A stretch of 64,000 nucleotides of DNA. Source: Octopus vulgaris (taxonomy: Eukaryota). Shown here in pieces: positions 1-12,834 of this stretch (its first letter is position 1; each line of letters starts with the position of its first letter). A model generated the notes under the pieces. The model searched no databases, was not told the origin of the DNA, and was given only the letters and a program-made list of their open reading frames with translations. Where the stretch lies: positions 9,796,001 through 9,860,000 of the forward strand of contig OX597839.1 in assembly GCA_951406725.2 (NCBI GenBank), written 5' to 3'. Position numbers and translations under genes: made by a program.

Positions 1-294
1 GAGACAGGCAAAATGCTACAAAACATTTTGCCTGGCATGTTAACAATTCTGCCAGCTCACCACCTTAATAATAACAATGATTTCAAATCTTGGCTCAGGG
101 CCGGCAATTTCAGGGGAGGGGTTAAACTAACTCCAGTGTTCAACTGGTACTTATTTTATCAAATCTGAAAGGATGAAAGGCAAAGATGATCTCAGTGGAA
201 TTTGAACTAAGAACATAAAGACGGGTGAAATATCATTAACTACTGCTGATGAACATTTCTTGTCTGCTACTGATACCCCTGTGATTTTATGCAC

Positions 295-344
295 CTGATC
301 TCTGAGAGACTTTCTAGGGGCTGGTACTGCAGTATTAGGCATTC
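295..344 (-). CDS. Possible small exon (xMPNTAVPAPRKSLRDQ)
   Basis: gttttatag|GAATGCCT...GATCAG|gtgcat. The peptide is protein-like and the sequence unique, but the donor is weak and this frame needs a phase-1 upstream exon. Confidence 0.25.
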
Positions 345-649
345 CTATAAAACACCCACATTAAGTCGGATATAAAGGTTGCTTTTCAGTAATAATGTTA
401 CCTCATCGCTAATGGCTAATAATTATTATTGTTTCTAATTTAAGCACAAGGTCAACAATTCTAAGGGGAGGGATAGTCAATTAAATTCATTCCAGTACTT
501 GATAGGTACTTTTATCTACTCCTCATGAAGGATTTGAACTCAGAATGCAACGAGCTGAAAGAAATATCGCTAAGCATTTTATTCATAATGTTGTTGTGTG
601 GGTCCAAGTCAACCCTGACTATTGCAGGAGCCTTATAATCAAAAGGCAT

Positions 650-877
650 TTAACCCTTTCGTTACCGTATTTATTTTGAGATGCTCTGTGTTTCTTTCAA
701 TTACTTTAAATATAACAAAGAATTTAGTAAAATAACTTAGTTAACATTAAGCTAGTGTTGGGAACATAAATTGTGACAAAGGTTTGGTGGAAGATTTTAA
801 TTCAAAACTTATGAAAACAAGACATTTGTACTCAGTGCCAGAGCCGGTTTCAGCCAGGTTGGTATCGAAAGGGTTAA
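650..877 (+). mobile_element. piggyBac-type MITE, family 1
   Basis: TTAA-CCCTTTCGTTACC...GGTATCGAAAGGG-TTAA. Six copies in the window. Confidence 0.9.
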
Positions 878-3601
878 GCCACGAACATCCTATAGCTTTA
901 AGCATAGAATATCTTGGACTACATCATCCAATGTATCCTTCGTATTTTAGGAAGGATAAGCTTAAGGAGATTTGGCTGTTATTTCTAATAGGTTAAAGAA
1001 CCCTATAGAGGCTCACCTGTAATAAAAGTGATAAGCGGTGATGAGGATGGTGGTGGTGATGACAGTGGCAATGATAATAGTGGTAATAACAGAGGTGATT
1101 ATATGAAGTGCAAACAATAACATTAATCTTTGCAATTTAGGTTAAAAATAAACTGTTAACACTTGAATAATTTATAAATAGCAAAATATTTTACTGCCTA
1201 ATATCAGTTTGACAAATTAACAATGAAATAATGTTAAATTATCCCTTTAATTACTGTAAACGGTACCAATTGAGATTAACTTCAGTTTAATTCTGACATT
1301 TAACAATAAGTATTAATCTCATTAAAGATGACCTGTAATTAAATTTAATCTTTGATAAATGAAAGAATTCGCAATAGCCAAGGGGTGAAAATGAACCTGA
1401 TTCTTTTTGTGGCCGTAACAATATTGGGATTAACTGCACAAGATGAAGAGGCATAGCTTGTAAACTGCACTAAGCCCCATCTGTAGCAGTGAGTACATGT
1501 TCACTAACTCTCAAATACATCTACAGCACTACTTTAACACCATCCTAACAACACTACTATAAATAGTCCAAATACATCTATAACACTCCAGAACACTAGC
1601 AGAACACTATCCCTGCCACTCAGTCCAGTCACATACTCAACAACCCTGAGTGCACTACTATACCATTTTAACAACACTATCTCCTCTTACTCAGTTGAGA
1701 CACATCCACAACAACCCTAATAAATTCTATATCTCCCTTGCAATTCAGACACCTGCAACACCCCTGAACAAGACATGCACAACACCATTCTCATACCACT
1801 ATCTGATGCTGGTATCATGTAACCAGCACCCATGCAGGTGACATATAAAAACCACCTTTCAAGCATCGAGTCTTATGGAGACAAAGTGGTTGAGATCCTT
1901 TCGAGTGTTGCCTCACAGAGGCCTTTGGCATTATGTTGTGCTTGAGAAGTAATATCATAGTCGTGGCAGATACTGGTGTCACACAAATGGCACCTGTACC
2001 AGTTGCGCATAAAAGTACCTTTCAAGATTTGTACCTCATAGAGGCAAGGACCGAGACCATTTGGCATTATGCTGTGCTTCAGGGCAAAAACAGAGTCTAT
2101 TTGGCATTATGCTATGCTCGAGAAGAAGACCCATCAAGCCAAGCAAAACCACAGTTGTGGCAGATAACGGTGTCATGCAAATGGCACCCATGCCAGTGGC
2201 ACGTAAAAACACCATTTACATTCTTGAAGTGGTTGGCATTAGGAAGTGCATCCAGCGATAGAAACCACACCAGAACAGACTAGAGTCTGGTGAGCCTTCC
2301 AGCTTGCCGGCCCTGGTCAAACAATCCAACCCATGCCAGCATGGACAACAGACATTAAATGATGATAATGACGATGATGATCAACATAGAACCCAAGATG
2401 CAAAGATATCTTAGTTTTGCTGGGTTCAAGACAACCTTCTTAGTGTTGGTGTTATGATAAAATGCACTGAGCATACGTTCTATTGTCAAGTGGAGAAAAT
2501 TTAGAAGACAACATCCATATCAAAGATTGCAAGGAGTAGCATTTAAAGGTTGATTTCTTGATAGAAAAAATTCTTTCAAAATCTGTCTTTCTTCTGCTAT
2601 GTGTTTCAGTCTACTAACCAGGTCAGTGAACTTCATTATACCTATTCTCACAGGTATATTTTTATACCTGTGATAGTAGGTATCAGTTAAGTTTCTAAAA
2701 CCATAGCTTTACAAGCTAAGGTTTTAAAAACGTTCGTTTGAAACCATTGAATCTTTTTCTCTTATTTCACTGTGACCTATTTCACACAAGTATTTGTAGA
2801 AAGAATGAAAAATAAATGCGACCTAGTTCAAGGTGACATAAAGTTATATTTACACAACTGTGTATTTGGTAAAAACTTTTCTGTCTGTTTCATCGTTATT
2901 ATTTCAACTTCTACTTTTTTGTGCTTGTGTGGGTATGATTGAGTTTATTGAGACAGATTTTCTATGCCCAGATGCCTCTCCTGTTGCTGACCATTATCTT
3001 GTACCAAGTAAGGTAATATTTCCTTCCCCATGGCCCAACATGTTTTTGTAGAGTATTGGGAATGAATGACACTCTTTGTATGACAGTGACACTCAATTTA
3101 CAACTGTCGTGACGTCAAGACAAGCAAACACTCACTCACTCACACACACTCACACTCACACACACACACACACACGTACAAGCACATATATGATAGTCTT
3201 TTTTCAGCTTCTATCTACCAGATCTACTCACAGGACTTCGGTCAGTGATGGACTATAGTGCCACACAGTGGGACTGAACCCAAAACCATATGGTTTGGAA
3301 GCAGATCTTTTTAACCACACAGCCATGCCTGTGCCTATTTGTGTAAAATATAAATCTGATTTATATTTTGAAATGGACAAGAGAAGCTATAATTTAGTAC
3401 AGTTTTCGTGTAGGTTGTGCAGCCACATAGTTCTGGATTCAGCTCCACCAGTAAGACACTTTGAGCAAATGTAAAGGTTAGCTATTTTAAGTGGAATTTT
3501 TCGTGGACTGAATCTGAACGTAGATGATTTAGCACAGCCGATAGGACATTCAACTTTTTTAGTGACAGTAGTTTTTTTTCACTGGAGGCAAACAGTCTCA
3601 C

Positions 3602-4109
3602 ATACAGGAGTGGCTGTGTGGTAAGTAGCTTGCTTACGAACCACATGGTTCCGGGTTCAGTCCCACTGCGTGGCACCTTGGGTAAGTGTCTTCTACTATA
3701 GCCTCGGGCCGACCAAAGCCTTGTGAGTGGATTTGGTAGACAGAAACTGAAAGAAGCCTGTTGTATATATGTATGTATATATATTTATATATATGTTTGT
3801 GTGTATGTTTGTGTCTGTGTTTGTCCCCCACAACATCGCTTGACAACTGATGCTGGTGTGTTTACGTCCCCGTAACCTAGCAGTTCAGCAAAAGAGACCA
3901 ATAGAATAAGTACTAGGCTTACAAAGAATAAGTCCTGGGGTCGATTTGCTCCAGCATGGCCACAGTCAAATTACTGAAAAGAGTAAAAGACAAGTGAAGG
4001 AACAACAAACAGGGTGTGTTAGTTTGAAGTTCAGGAAAAACGGAAGAAGTCTTTGATGTTTCACGTCTTGTGAGTGGATTTGGTAGACAGAAACTGAAAG
4101 AAGCACGTC

Positions 4110-4192
<83 letters not shown>

Positions 4193-4419
4193 CATACATG
4201 TACGTGTGTGTATACGTTTGTGTGTCTGTGTTTGTCTCCCCAACATCGCTTGACAACCGATGCTGGTGTGTTTACATCCTCGTAACCTAGTGGTTCGGCA
4301 AAAGTGACCGATAGAATAAATACTAGGCTTACAAAGAATAAGTCCTGGGGTCGATTTGCTCGACTAAAGGCAGTACTCCAGCATGGCCACAGTCAAATGA
4401 CTGAAACAAGTAAAAGAGT
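3602..4419 (+). mobile_element. SINE family A (tRNA-like head, CORE-like accttgggcaagt, internal TA/TG microsatellite): one full plus one 5'-truncated copy
   Basis: Consensus aggagtggctgtgtggtaagtagcttgc...gactgaaacaagtaaaagag; about 20 copies in the window. Confidence 0.85.
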
Positions 4420-4979
4420 ATATCAAACTATGTATATGTTTGTGTGTATTTATATATGTATTCATTCATATATACACACACAAGCATACATATACATAGA
4501 CATGTGCGTATACTATGGGCTACATGTGTGTGTGTATGTGTGTGGGCATACTTAAAATCCTTAAAAATGTTTCAGCCCGAAGACTGCGGCCATGCTGGGG
4601 CACCACTGCTGAATGAGCTACACTAATATGTGAATCCACCTCTGATACGTGGCACTTGGTTAACAAGGGAGTTCGATGCCACTGGCCGCATCTGTGTCTC
4701 CTGCCGTGAGGTAGGTTCATCTGGGACTCCCCGACAAGAAGAGATATTGGTGAGATGATAAACATGTTAGTAAGAAACTTGCTGATAAATAGGTGTAGTA
4801 AACAGAAACACTTTGCATTACTTATTCTTCCAATGTTTCAAAGACACACGTCATTCCCTTGGTGCTCTTACCATCAAAAATGCAACAAATCAGCAGAGAC
4901 AAGCATCCATTTAATTTTGTACAAAAATAACACAATAGATTCACAAATACACAACAAAATAATTTTAATTTTAATAATT

Positions 4980-5406
4980 ATCGAAATCAAAATCGATCAA
5001 CATCAATGGAAATTGCAGCTGTGATACCAGTGCCGGTGGCATGTAAGCGAACCATCCGAACATGGCCGTTGCCAGCGCCGCCCCGACGGGCCTCCGTGCC
5101 AGTGGCACGTAAAAAGCACCATCCAATCATGGCCGTTGCCAGCCTCGCCTGGCACCTGTGCCGGTGGCACATAAAAAGCACCATCCGACCGTGGCCTTTT
5201 GCCAGCCCCGTCTGGCACCTGTGCCGGTGACATGTAAAAAGCACCCACTACACTCACAGAGTGGTTGGCGTTAGGAAGGGCATCCAGCCATAGAAACATT
5301 GCCAGATCAAACTGGGCCTGGTGCAGCCGTCTGGCTTCCCAGACCCCAGTTGAATCGTGCAACCCATGCTAGCATGGAAAGCGGACGCTAAATGATGATG
5401 ATGATG
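4980..5406 (+). mobile_element. SINE family D (RTE-related body ggttggcgttaggaagggcatccagc, (GAT)n tail) with internal ~61-bp tandem units
   Basis: Repeated ggcacgtaaaaagcaccatccg units. Other copies at ~1810-2380, 6600-6780(-), 16940-17110, 17647-17830, 22391-22795(-), 35872-36200(-), 39095-39295, 45362-45672, 55800-55957 and 63553-63889. Confidence 0.8.
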
Positions 5407-5857
5407 AATTTTGCTTCCTTTAATTTTGTACAAAAACAACACTAAAGATTCACAAATACACAACAAAATAATTTCAATTTTAATAATTTTGCTTCCTCTA
5501 TCTCCAATGTCACCACAAACATGCAGTTACAACAAGAATACAACATGGGTTTCCATCATTGTTACCAAACACCAGCACACAGGCTACTGGCTGATGACAA
5601 TAGAAAAGTTGAAACAATTCTTTTCCTCAAGACAGTAAAGAACACACCAAAAGACATAAATAAATAAATGAAATAAATCCGGAAACAGTATTTGGTAAAA
5701 ACCTGAAAACTAATAAACCAAAATGTGGGTAATGTCTAAAACAACTAGTGCAGGTTGGTTTCTACAAATAATGTTCAGTGACAAAATAAAAAAGGAAGGA
5801 AAAGAGCAAAGAGAAGTGCTGGGTAATGTTTGTCTGGGGTCTGTGAGTAAAACTTAC

Positions 5858-5884
5858 CAAAATCTCATCATATTGTTTAGAGAA
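5858..5884 (-). CDS. Candidate 27-nt microexon (FSKQYDEIL) of the myosin-XVIII gene
   Basis: Minus strand reads ataactttttcag|TTCTCTAAACAATATGATGAGATTTTG|gtaagt. Both splice sites are canonical, length is 3n, and the frame is open in phase 0 like the upstream PDZ-exon donor. It lies in non-repetitive DNA. Confidence 0.55.
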
Positions 5885-6280
5885 CTGAAAAAGTTATAAT
5901 TTTTTTTTAAATAACAAAAAACTTTTTTTTACAGTCTATGTTTATGTATATAAAATTTTTTAAAAGAAAATATTTAATTTACAGAAATATTTGAGGATTA
6001 ATTTATTTTAAAAGACAACAATAACAGTAACAGCATAAAATAACTTCTTGTCCCTTCTGTGTGATATTTATTTAAATTGTGTATGTGTGTATATGTATTT
6101 AAGTCATTCAAAGATATGAACTAACAGAAAGAGCAACAACTACGTAGATCTATATGTGTAAATGCATGGTTCTTTGAGATCGGAATTTTTCATTGCAGAA
6201 TTCAAGTTGGTCACCAGCAAAATGGCAAAGCTGATTATTCTTATATCAAGAGAGTTCTTGCAGGGTTTGTGGTTATCTGA

Positions 6281-6329
<49 letters not shown>

Positions 6330-6483
6330 TGTCACATTAGAATACATGTGAACATTCTCTGCTACTGTTTATGTCTGTGTGTATGTGTATTCTATATATG
6401 TATATATATATATTGGTAAAAACGCTAAGATAACAAAAGAAAGAAAGAGACCTCAATATTATGTAAATAGAGGAAATTTATAT

Positions 6484-6518
<35 letters not shown>

Positions 6519-8235
6519 TGAGTGTGAGAGAGAGCGCATGTCACATTAGAATACATGTGAACATGCTCTGCTACTGTTTATGTCTGTGTGTATCATATTC
6601 ATCATCATTTAACGTCCGTTTTCCATGCTAGCATGGGTTGGACGGTTTTGACTGAAGGCTGGCAACCAGATGGCTGCACCAGGCTCCAGTCTTGATCTGG
6701 CAGAGTTTCTACAGCTGGATGCCCTTCCTAACACCAATCACTCCGAGAGTGTAGTGGGTGCTTTTATGTGCCACCTGCACGGATATGTGTATTCTATATA
6801 TGTATATGTGATTGTGTGCATATGTTCACTCAGGGACCTCAACTGGAAAGCCCTGAAATGTTTTACAAATTTTTCTTGTACTTCTACTCAAATGTATTTG
6901 GAGAATGTGAATTAGTCTGCTTTTTTGGAGATGGGGGAACCTAAACACTTCTCTTGTTACACAGCCAAGTGCATCTGTGAATATCTTTTATCTTTGTTTC
7001 ATCACTGGACTGCAGCCATACCTTGAAGGTGACACCAGTACTTTTTCTAAAAGCCTGGTACTAATTCTATCAATCTCTGTTGACGAACTGCTAGATTATG
7101 GAATGTGAACAAACCAACACTGGTTGCAAAGCATTGGTGGATTACAAACACAAATACACAATGGACTTCTTTCAGTTTCCATCTACTAAATCCACTAACA
7201 AGTTTGGTCAGCTGATGGTGATAATAGAAGACACTTTCCCAAGGTGCCACACAGTGGGATTGAACTTTAGACTATGTGGATGGGAAGCAAACCTCTTACC
7301 AGAGAGCCATGCCTGGAACAAATGTAAATCTATACCATGGATATAAGAGCTGTAGGTTTCTCATTAATTGTCCATAGATGTTCTTTATTTTTGATGCATG
7401 TGAATACACACATATGCATGCATGTGTATATATCTTTCTTTTGTTGCTTGTAGATGTGTGTAAGTATATCAATATGAATGCATATTTGTTTGCATTGCAT
7501 GTTTGTATTGTCGGCATATATGTGCATGCTTGTATATGTATGTGCATACATGTTAAGAAGGCAATGAGCACAAAAAAGGCAACATGGGAGAGACAATATG
7601 CACATGCATAAAACTTTAAATTTATCAAATAAAAATTATCTAATTATTGAGGAGACAGAAAGAAAGGCAGAAAGATAGGAAGATGAATAGAGAAAGACAG
7701 ATGGACAGAAAGTTTGACTAGAAATCTTTACAATTTTTAATATATACATTTCTAATATCAATTTTAGATCAGTCTGTCTATCTGTCTGGATGTTTGTCAA
7801 TTTATATATCTAATTGTATTTTTCAACATTAGGAAACATTGTCACCTATTAACTCCATTCCAATCCAATCCCTGCCTTGAGAATGTTGTTTCCATGTCTC
7901 AACTTAAACTAGAAGATTCTATGACAGAATTAAAAAAAAAAAAAAAAGGAAATTAAGGGACTCAAAAGTTATCCAGTCAAGATGAAAAGAAATAAATTTG
8001 GAGCTTTTCTTTTTTAAAATAAAAGGGACCTTTTCATATTGAAACCCATGCCTATTTGGTCAACATTGAAAAGGGACAGATGTTTGACATGAAGGATTAA
8101 CCAATTTCACTGGTCTCTGAGAGTCTACTAAGCTCATGAGCAAGGCTCCTTACTCCATAGCAAAAAGGAAAACGAAAAGCTTTATAAAACACTATGGATT
8201 AAACTGAAAGTAAGCATAAATAGAAGAAAACTTAC

Positions 8236-8759
8236 CGTTTTCTTGTAACGGACACTGCCACTCCTTTTAAGTGTACCTCCTTTCACAACATCAGCTTGGA
8301 CTTCAATTTTAACTCCATCAGCAGCAGTACGAACACTAAGTTCCAAAAGTTCTGGAACTGGTTGAACCTTCAGTACAACAGTGTCTGAAGATGTACGAAT
8401 CAATTCAATTATTTCCTCTCTCTTGGCCTTCTCCACGTTTTTGTCATTAACTTCAATCAGTCGGTCTCCGGGCAGTAAACCGGTCTCAGTAGCTTTTGGT
8501 CCCGTGCCAGGTTCTGCAAAGATCACAGTTTGCTTTGAACCAAAGCAATCTGTGTTAGTTCGTTGCATGATGACTCCTTTACGAAGAGAGAAACCAAAAT
8601 CACCTCCAGGTTGCCGCCGCAGGGTTAGGGTCCGGATACGTCCAGGCCGGGGAGGAATTATGGAAGGTAAGTGAAGATCAAAATCGAATGTCTTTTCGGC
8701 AGGGCTCAAAGGAACGGGTCCAGGTGTTTCTTCTGGTGGTGATGTCATTTTTGGGTGTT
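8236..8759 (-). CDS. MYO18A: Internal coding exon of unconventional myosin-XVIII (PDZ-domain exon)
   Basis: Translation xHPKMTSPP...LPSIIPPRPGRIRTLTLRRQPGGDFGFSLRK...VIFAEPGTG...GLLPGDRLIEVNDKNVEKAKREEIIELIRTSSDTVVLKVQPVPELLELS matches the recalled myosin-18 PDZ pattern (GDFGFSLRR, FAEPGAG, GLVPGDRLVEING, LKVQPIPELSELS). Acceptor ttttcttattttatcatag (AG at 8761-8760, phase 1). Donor ACG|gtaagt (GT at 8235-8234, phase 0). The listed ORF 8182-8748 overruns the donor. Confidence 0.92.
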
Positions 8760-9189
8760 CTATGATAAAATAAGAAAATACAAAAACTCAGTCAATACTC
8801 TCTCTCTCTTTTTTTTTTTTTTACAGTGTTTAAAACATCTCCATATTGGTTGTGCTGTTTGCAAATAATAAATTCTGAAATTTATTAGGATTCACTAGTC
8901 ATGCTATATTCCAAAATATTCCCCAAGATGAACAAATATTTTATTACCTCTGTGAACAATGAAATATTAAGCTACATAGTACAATGTGAAAAGATGACAC
9001 AGAAAGCAGCAGCCATCTGCAAATACATCATGTGACAATTCAGACACCCCACCCCATTCTATATATTACAGCAAGATATACAATTTGCCTTGTCCCGCAC
9101 TGTAATTCTTTTTCCCTGACACTGTTTACTAAAGTGAAACTAACATTATCCAATCAGATGGAGAGAGAAATAACTTCAAAACTATCCAT

Positions 9190-9352
9190 AAGTACCAATA
9201 TTGGTTAGGTATACTAATATTGATTAGATATACCAATCAATGATACCAATACTGATTACTGATACCAATAATAATTGCAAATATCAATACTGATTAGGGA
9301 TACCAATATTATTACAAATACAAGTATTGATTACACACATCAATATTGTTTA
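9190..9352. repeat. Decayed 18-bp minisatellite (ataccaatattgattag)
   Basis: The accaat/atcaat core recurs about every 18 bp. Confidence 0.65.
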
Positions 9353-10903
9353 GAAACCCTTGCTCAAGTTATTGACTAGCACTACATCAGCCTTGATTGA
9401 GTAGATATATGATCAAAGGCATTCCAGCCACGACCATGTTTTTGTTTTTCAAGCAATCTGTACTCGGAGCCACATTCTATAAGTACAGTGTTCTAGTAAA
9501 CTGGGACTTTCTTCTTTCAAGGAAGTAGAGTGTGACAAGTGAGATTTGATTGCTGTTTCTAGCAGATTGAGTAACCACATAGAAGTATCCCTCATTGGTT
9601 CACTGCACCGAGGTGTTAATTCTCACAATGATCACTAAATTATCTTGCAGAGAGGTGTCAAAATCATGATTTTAAGTTAGCAAGAACTGAAGTAAACATT
9701 GGCTCTTGTTGACAACAAGATAGAGGTCCCTCAAGAAGATAGCAACCCAAATGGCGCAATTTGACAGATTTTCGCAGAAGGCCATCACTAAAGTGGTTGG
9801 AGGAAATGTACTAAAAGAGATATCCCTTCCTAGCAACAGTTGAATGAAAAACTCCACACACAAAGATTTTTTGTTAAGCAACACTTTATGAATATATACG
9901 TTCCAGCTAGCTGTAAAAAAAAAATTAAAAAATAAAACAACAAAAAAAGAAAAATTGAAGTATGTGCCATTATAATGGTAAAAGAAATGGAATTTCTGTT
10001 TTTTAAAATTAATGAGTGAAAGACCATAACAGTGTTCATTCTAAACTTTAATTATGTTCAGAAAGAACTCTGTTGAAATAAAACATTCAGCTTTTTTTTT
10101 TTTTTTGTGAATTAGTTTTAAGCATTAACATCACTAGCATCATGTGAAGCTAATAAATGAAGATCATAGATTCCTCAGTGGTAGGTCAAGGTAAAAATAA
10201 CTCTCACATGGTACTGATAAAAAAAAAAGTGAACAAACATGTCATTGTTTTGGTTAAATGGAGGGGCAGAAGCAGGGGAGAGAAGTAGGGATGGAAGGAT
10301 GGGTAAAAAAAAAAAAATTTCATTGTAATCAGCTGTCTTTAGATGTCACTGAAAAGAACATACAAAATCCAAACATTCCAATCTAAAAAGCCTTTCATAG
10401 TTTAACATAGCTGTATTTTTAACAAACAAAACATCAAAACGCCATGAAAACAAAACAAATGCCAGAGAAAAACACAAAGCTAGATAATAAATCAAATATA
10501 TCCCAATTGTTTTTCAAAGATCAATATAAACAGGTTTAATAAATTCTTTTTCAATAGGCATATTTGTGCTAGACAGATTGTTTGGCCTAGTTCTCCTTAT
10601 ATAACATACTACCTAGTCTTAGAGCACGACCACAGATCAACCAGACAGACCCCCAACTCTTATGTGATTAACTTCTACCTCCAATTTTCCCCTCTCCAGG
10701 CACTGACCTACAAAAGTTAATCTGGATAATCTTACTAGTTCACTCTTTTCCCTCTCGTTAATTTATCGTCAAAATATTTACTTTGATTATCCTTGTTGAT
10801 CTCCAGTCACAGTTTGGCATTGATCCAGCAGACCCATAATCACAATTAAGTCATGACTATTCCATATTGTATCCAGAAAATATGTCTAGGACTACATTAG
10901 TTA

Positions 10904-11613
10904 ATTCTGTTGTGTCTGGGGAGAGCCATTCTCTTTTTGTGCCTTATGATTTAATATATTTAATAACTATGCATTTTTTAGAGCAAGTTTGAAAAGGAAC
11001 TAGAGTAGGTGATACATGTATTTGGTCAGTATAACTTCTTCATGTGCACAAAAAAATTTAGATTGAGTGTTCTTAAATAGTTATTTATAATCTGTTGTGT
11101 CTGGGGAGTGTCATTTTCTTTTTGTGCCTTATAATTTAACACACTCACCAGTAAAAATTTCCACTTATTTCTTATTTTTATTTTCCTGAAATTTTCATTG
11201 CGTCTTGCAACCTTTTCAATAGTCTTGACTCTGTCTCTGTCTGTTATTTACACTGCATTCCTTACAATGTAGTGTAAATAATGGGCAGAGTCAAGACTAC
11301 TGAAAAGGTTGCAAGACGCAACAAAAATTTTAGGAAAATAAAAGTAAGAAATAAGTGGAAATTTTACCGGTGAGTGTATTAAATTATAAGGCACAAGAAG
11401 AAAATGACACTCTCCAGACACAACAGATTATAAATAACTATTTAAGAACACTCAATCTAAATTTTTTGTGCACATGAAGAAGTTATACTGACCAAATACA
11501 TGTATCACCAACTCTAGCTCCTTTTCAAACTTGCTCTAAAAAAAATGCTGTTATTAAATATATTAAATTATAAGGCACAAAATGAAAATGACTCTCCCCA
11601 GACACAACAGAAT
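10904..11613. repeat. 710-bp near-perfect palindrome (about 355-bp arms, 6-nt loop), probably inverted Penelope-type terminal repeats
   Basis: 10904-11259 is the reverse complement of 11266-11613, with loop ccttac. Each arm has an internal direct repeat (tctgttgtgtctggggag...) and a degenerate YTGAAAA-G-GTTGC-aagac-GCAAY-RAAA motif. Confidence 0.9.
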
Positions 11614-12243
11614 ATGCTTCAACACACGTACTCACATAAAGAATCTTGCAAACCAAATCCAAAAACGAAATACATGAATTAATATATCCTTCTTTGTTGT
11701 ATACACACACACACACACACATATCTATACACGCATATATATATACACACACACACACACACATCTATACACGCACGCATACACACACACACACACACAC
11801 ACATACATACATACATACATGCTTTCGGTGTGAATGGTTTTGCTATATGGCACTGTGTTTTACAATCCTGTAAAAAATAATAATGGTATTTTATAAAAGC
11901 TTAAAGGTTATGGTGATCACTGTGCAATGACTAAGGAAAATAGTCTAATAAAGGGGCATATAAGCCCTCGACAGAAAAAGAAGGCTTTCCTATCTGCAAA
12001 AAAGCTCTCACAGCTGCAGTAAGTGCATTTAATATACACTGACAGGAGAGTCGACCATCCCACAGCAAGCATGATCATCACTATACTGTAGTTTCGTTTG
12101 AAAATTACAAATTCAGTAGCGTCAACTCTGTCACCAGATGGCTAAGTGAAATCCCAACTGTCAGCATATATATTTACCATATCAATTTATGAGTAGTTTA
12201 GCAAAATGCTAATGTGAAAATTATAAAATAATGAAAATGGCTA

Positions 12244-12609
12244 TCTCTATATATATAAATGGCAAAATGTCTGTGTGTGTCCTTTATACAAATCCACAAT
12301 TTTTCAGTTAGAGGGCTCGCACTTTCTATGGTCATTCAAAAACCATCCAAGGGTGGTCGTGCACATCCTTATATTTCCCCAGTCACCCTGTAAAGCCATT
12401 AAAAAATCAATAGAAGTGACTTTTTTGTGAATTTTCTATCCAAAACCCAATCAAAATGCCCAAAACTTGATACGCCAATTGAATGCCAGCTAGCTGTATG
12501 TGATTGGTCGGAGATTTGGACAGTACTCGCGTGTATGTGTGCACGCACACAGCTGTATATGCTTGCACTAGCTGTGACTGAGGGTGCAGGGTAGCACCTA
12601 CATTGCTAG
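12244..12609 (+). mobile_element. Non-autonomous Helitron-like element (5' part repeated at ~51600-51730)
   Basis: Starts A|TCTCTATATATATAA and ends CTAG|T, with no TSD and a 5' (TG)n run. Confidence 0.6.
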
Positions 12610-12834
12610 TATATATAAAATGTTCTTACTGCAGCTGGAAGAGCTTTTTAGCTCTTATTTGTAGCAATCTAGGTACTACCCTGCACTCTTAGTCACAACT
12701 AGTGACAAATTTTTCCTTTTTGATTTTATAATTTGTATAGCCACTTTCATTATTACAGTTCCCATCTTTCAAATCCACTCACAAGGTTTTGGTCAACCTG
12801 ATGCCATAGTAGAAGACACTGCAAGTCAGTCCTC

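Noticed and set aside
1011-1030. Minus-strand tttattacag|gtgagc, resembling a recursive splice site
   Set aside because: Short pyrimidine tract in low-complexity DNA; expected by chance in 64 kb and unsupported without nascent RNA data.
3634-3846. Recurrent ORFs with [33 protein letters not shown]
   Set aside because: Antisense translations of SINE family A, not a protein family.
5591-5620. CTGATGA...GAAAC motif
   Set aside because: Stem II cannot close next to the core and there is no stem I or III; a chance match.
8182-8748. Stand-alone 188-aa single-exon PDZ gene
   Set aside because: Canonical splice sites at 8760 and 8235 indicate an internal exon; the hydrophobic tail is intron read-through.
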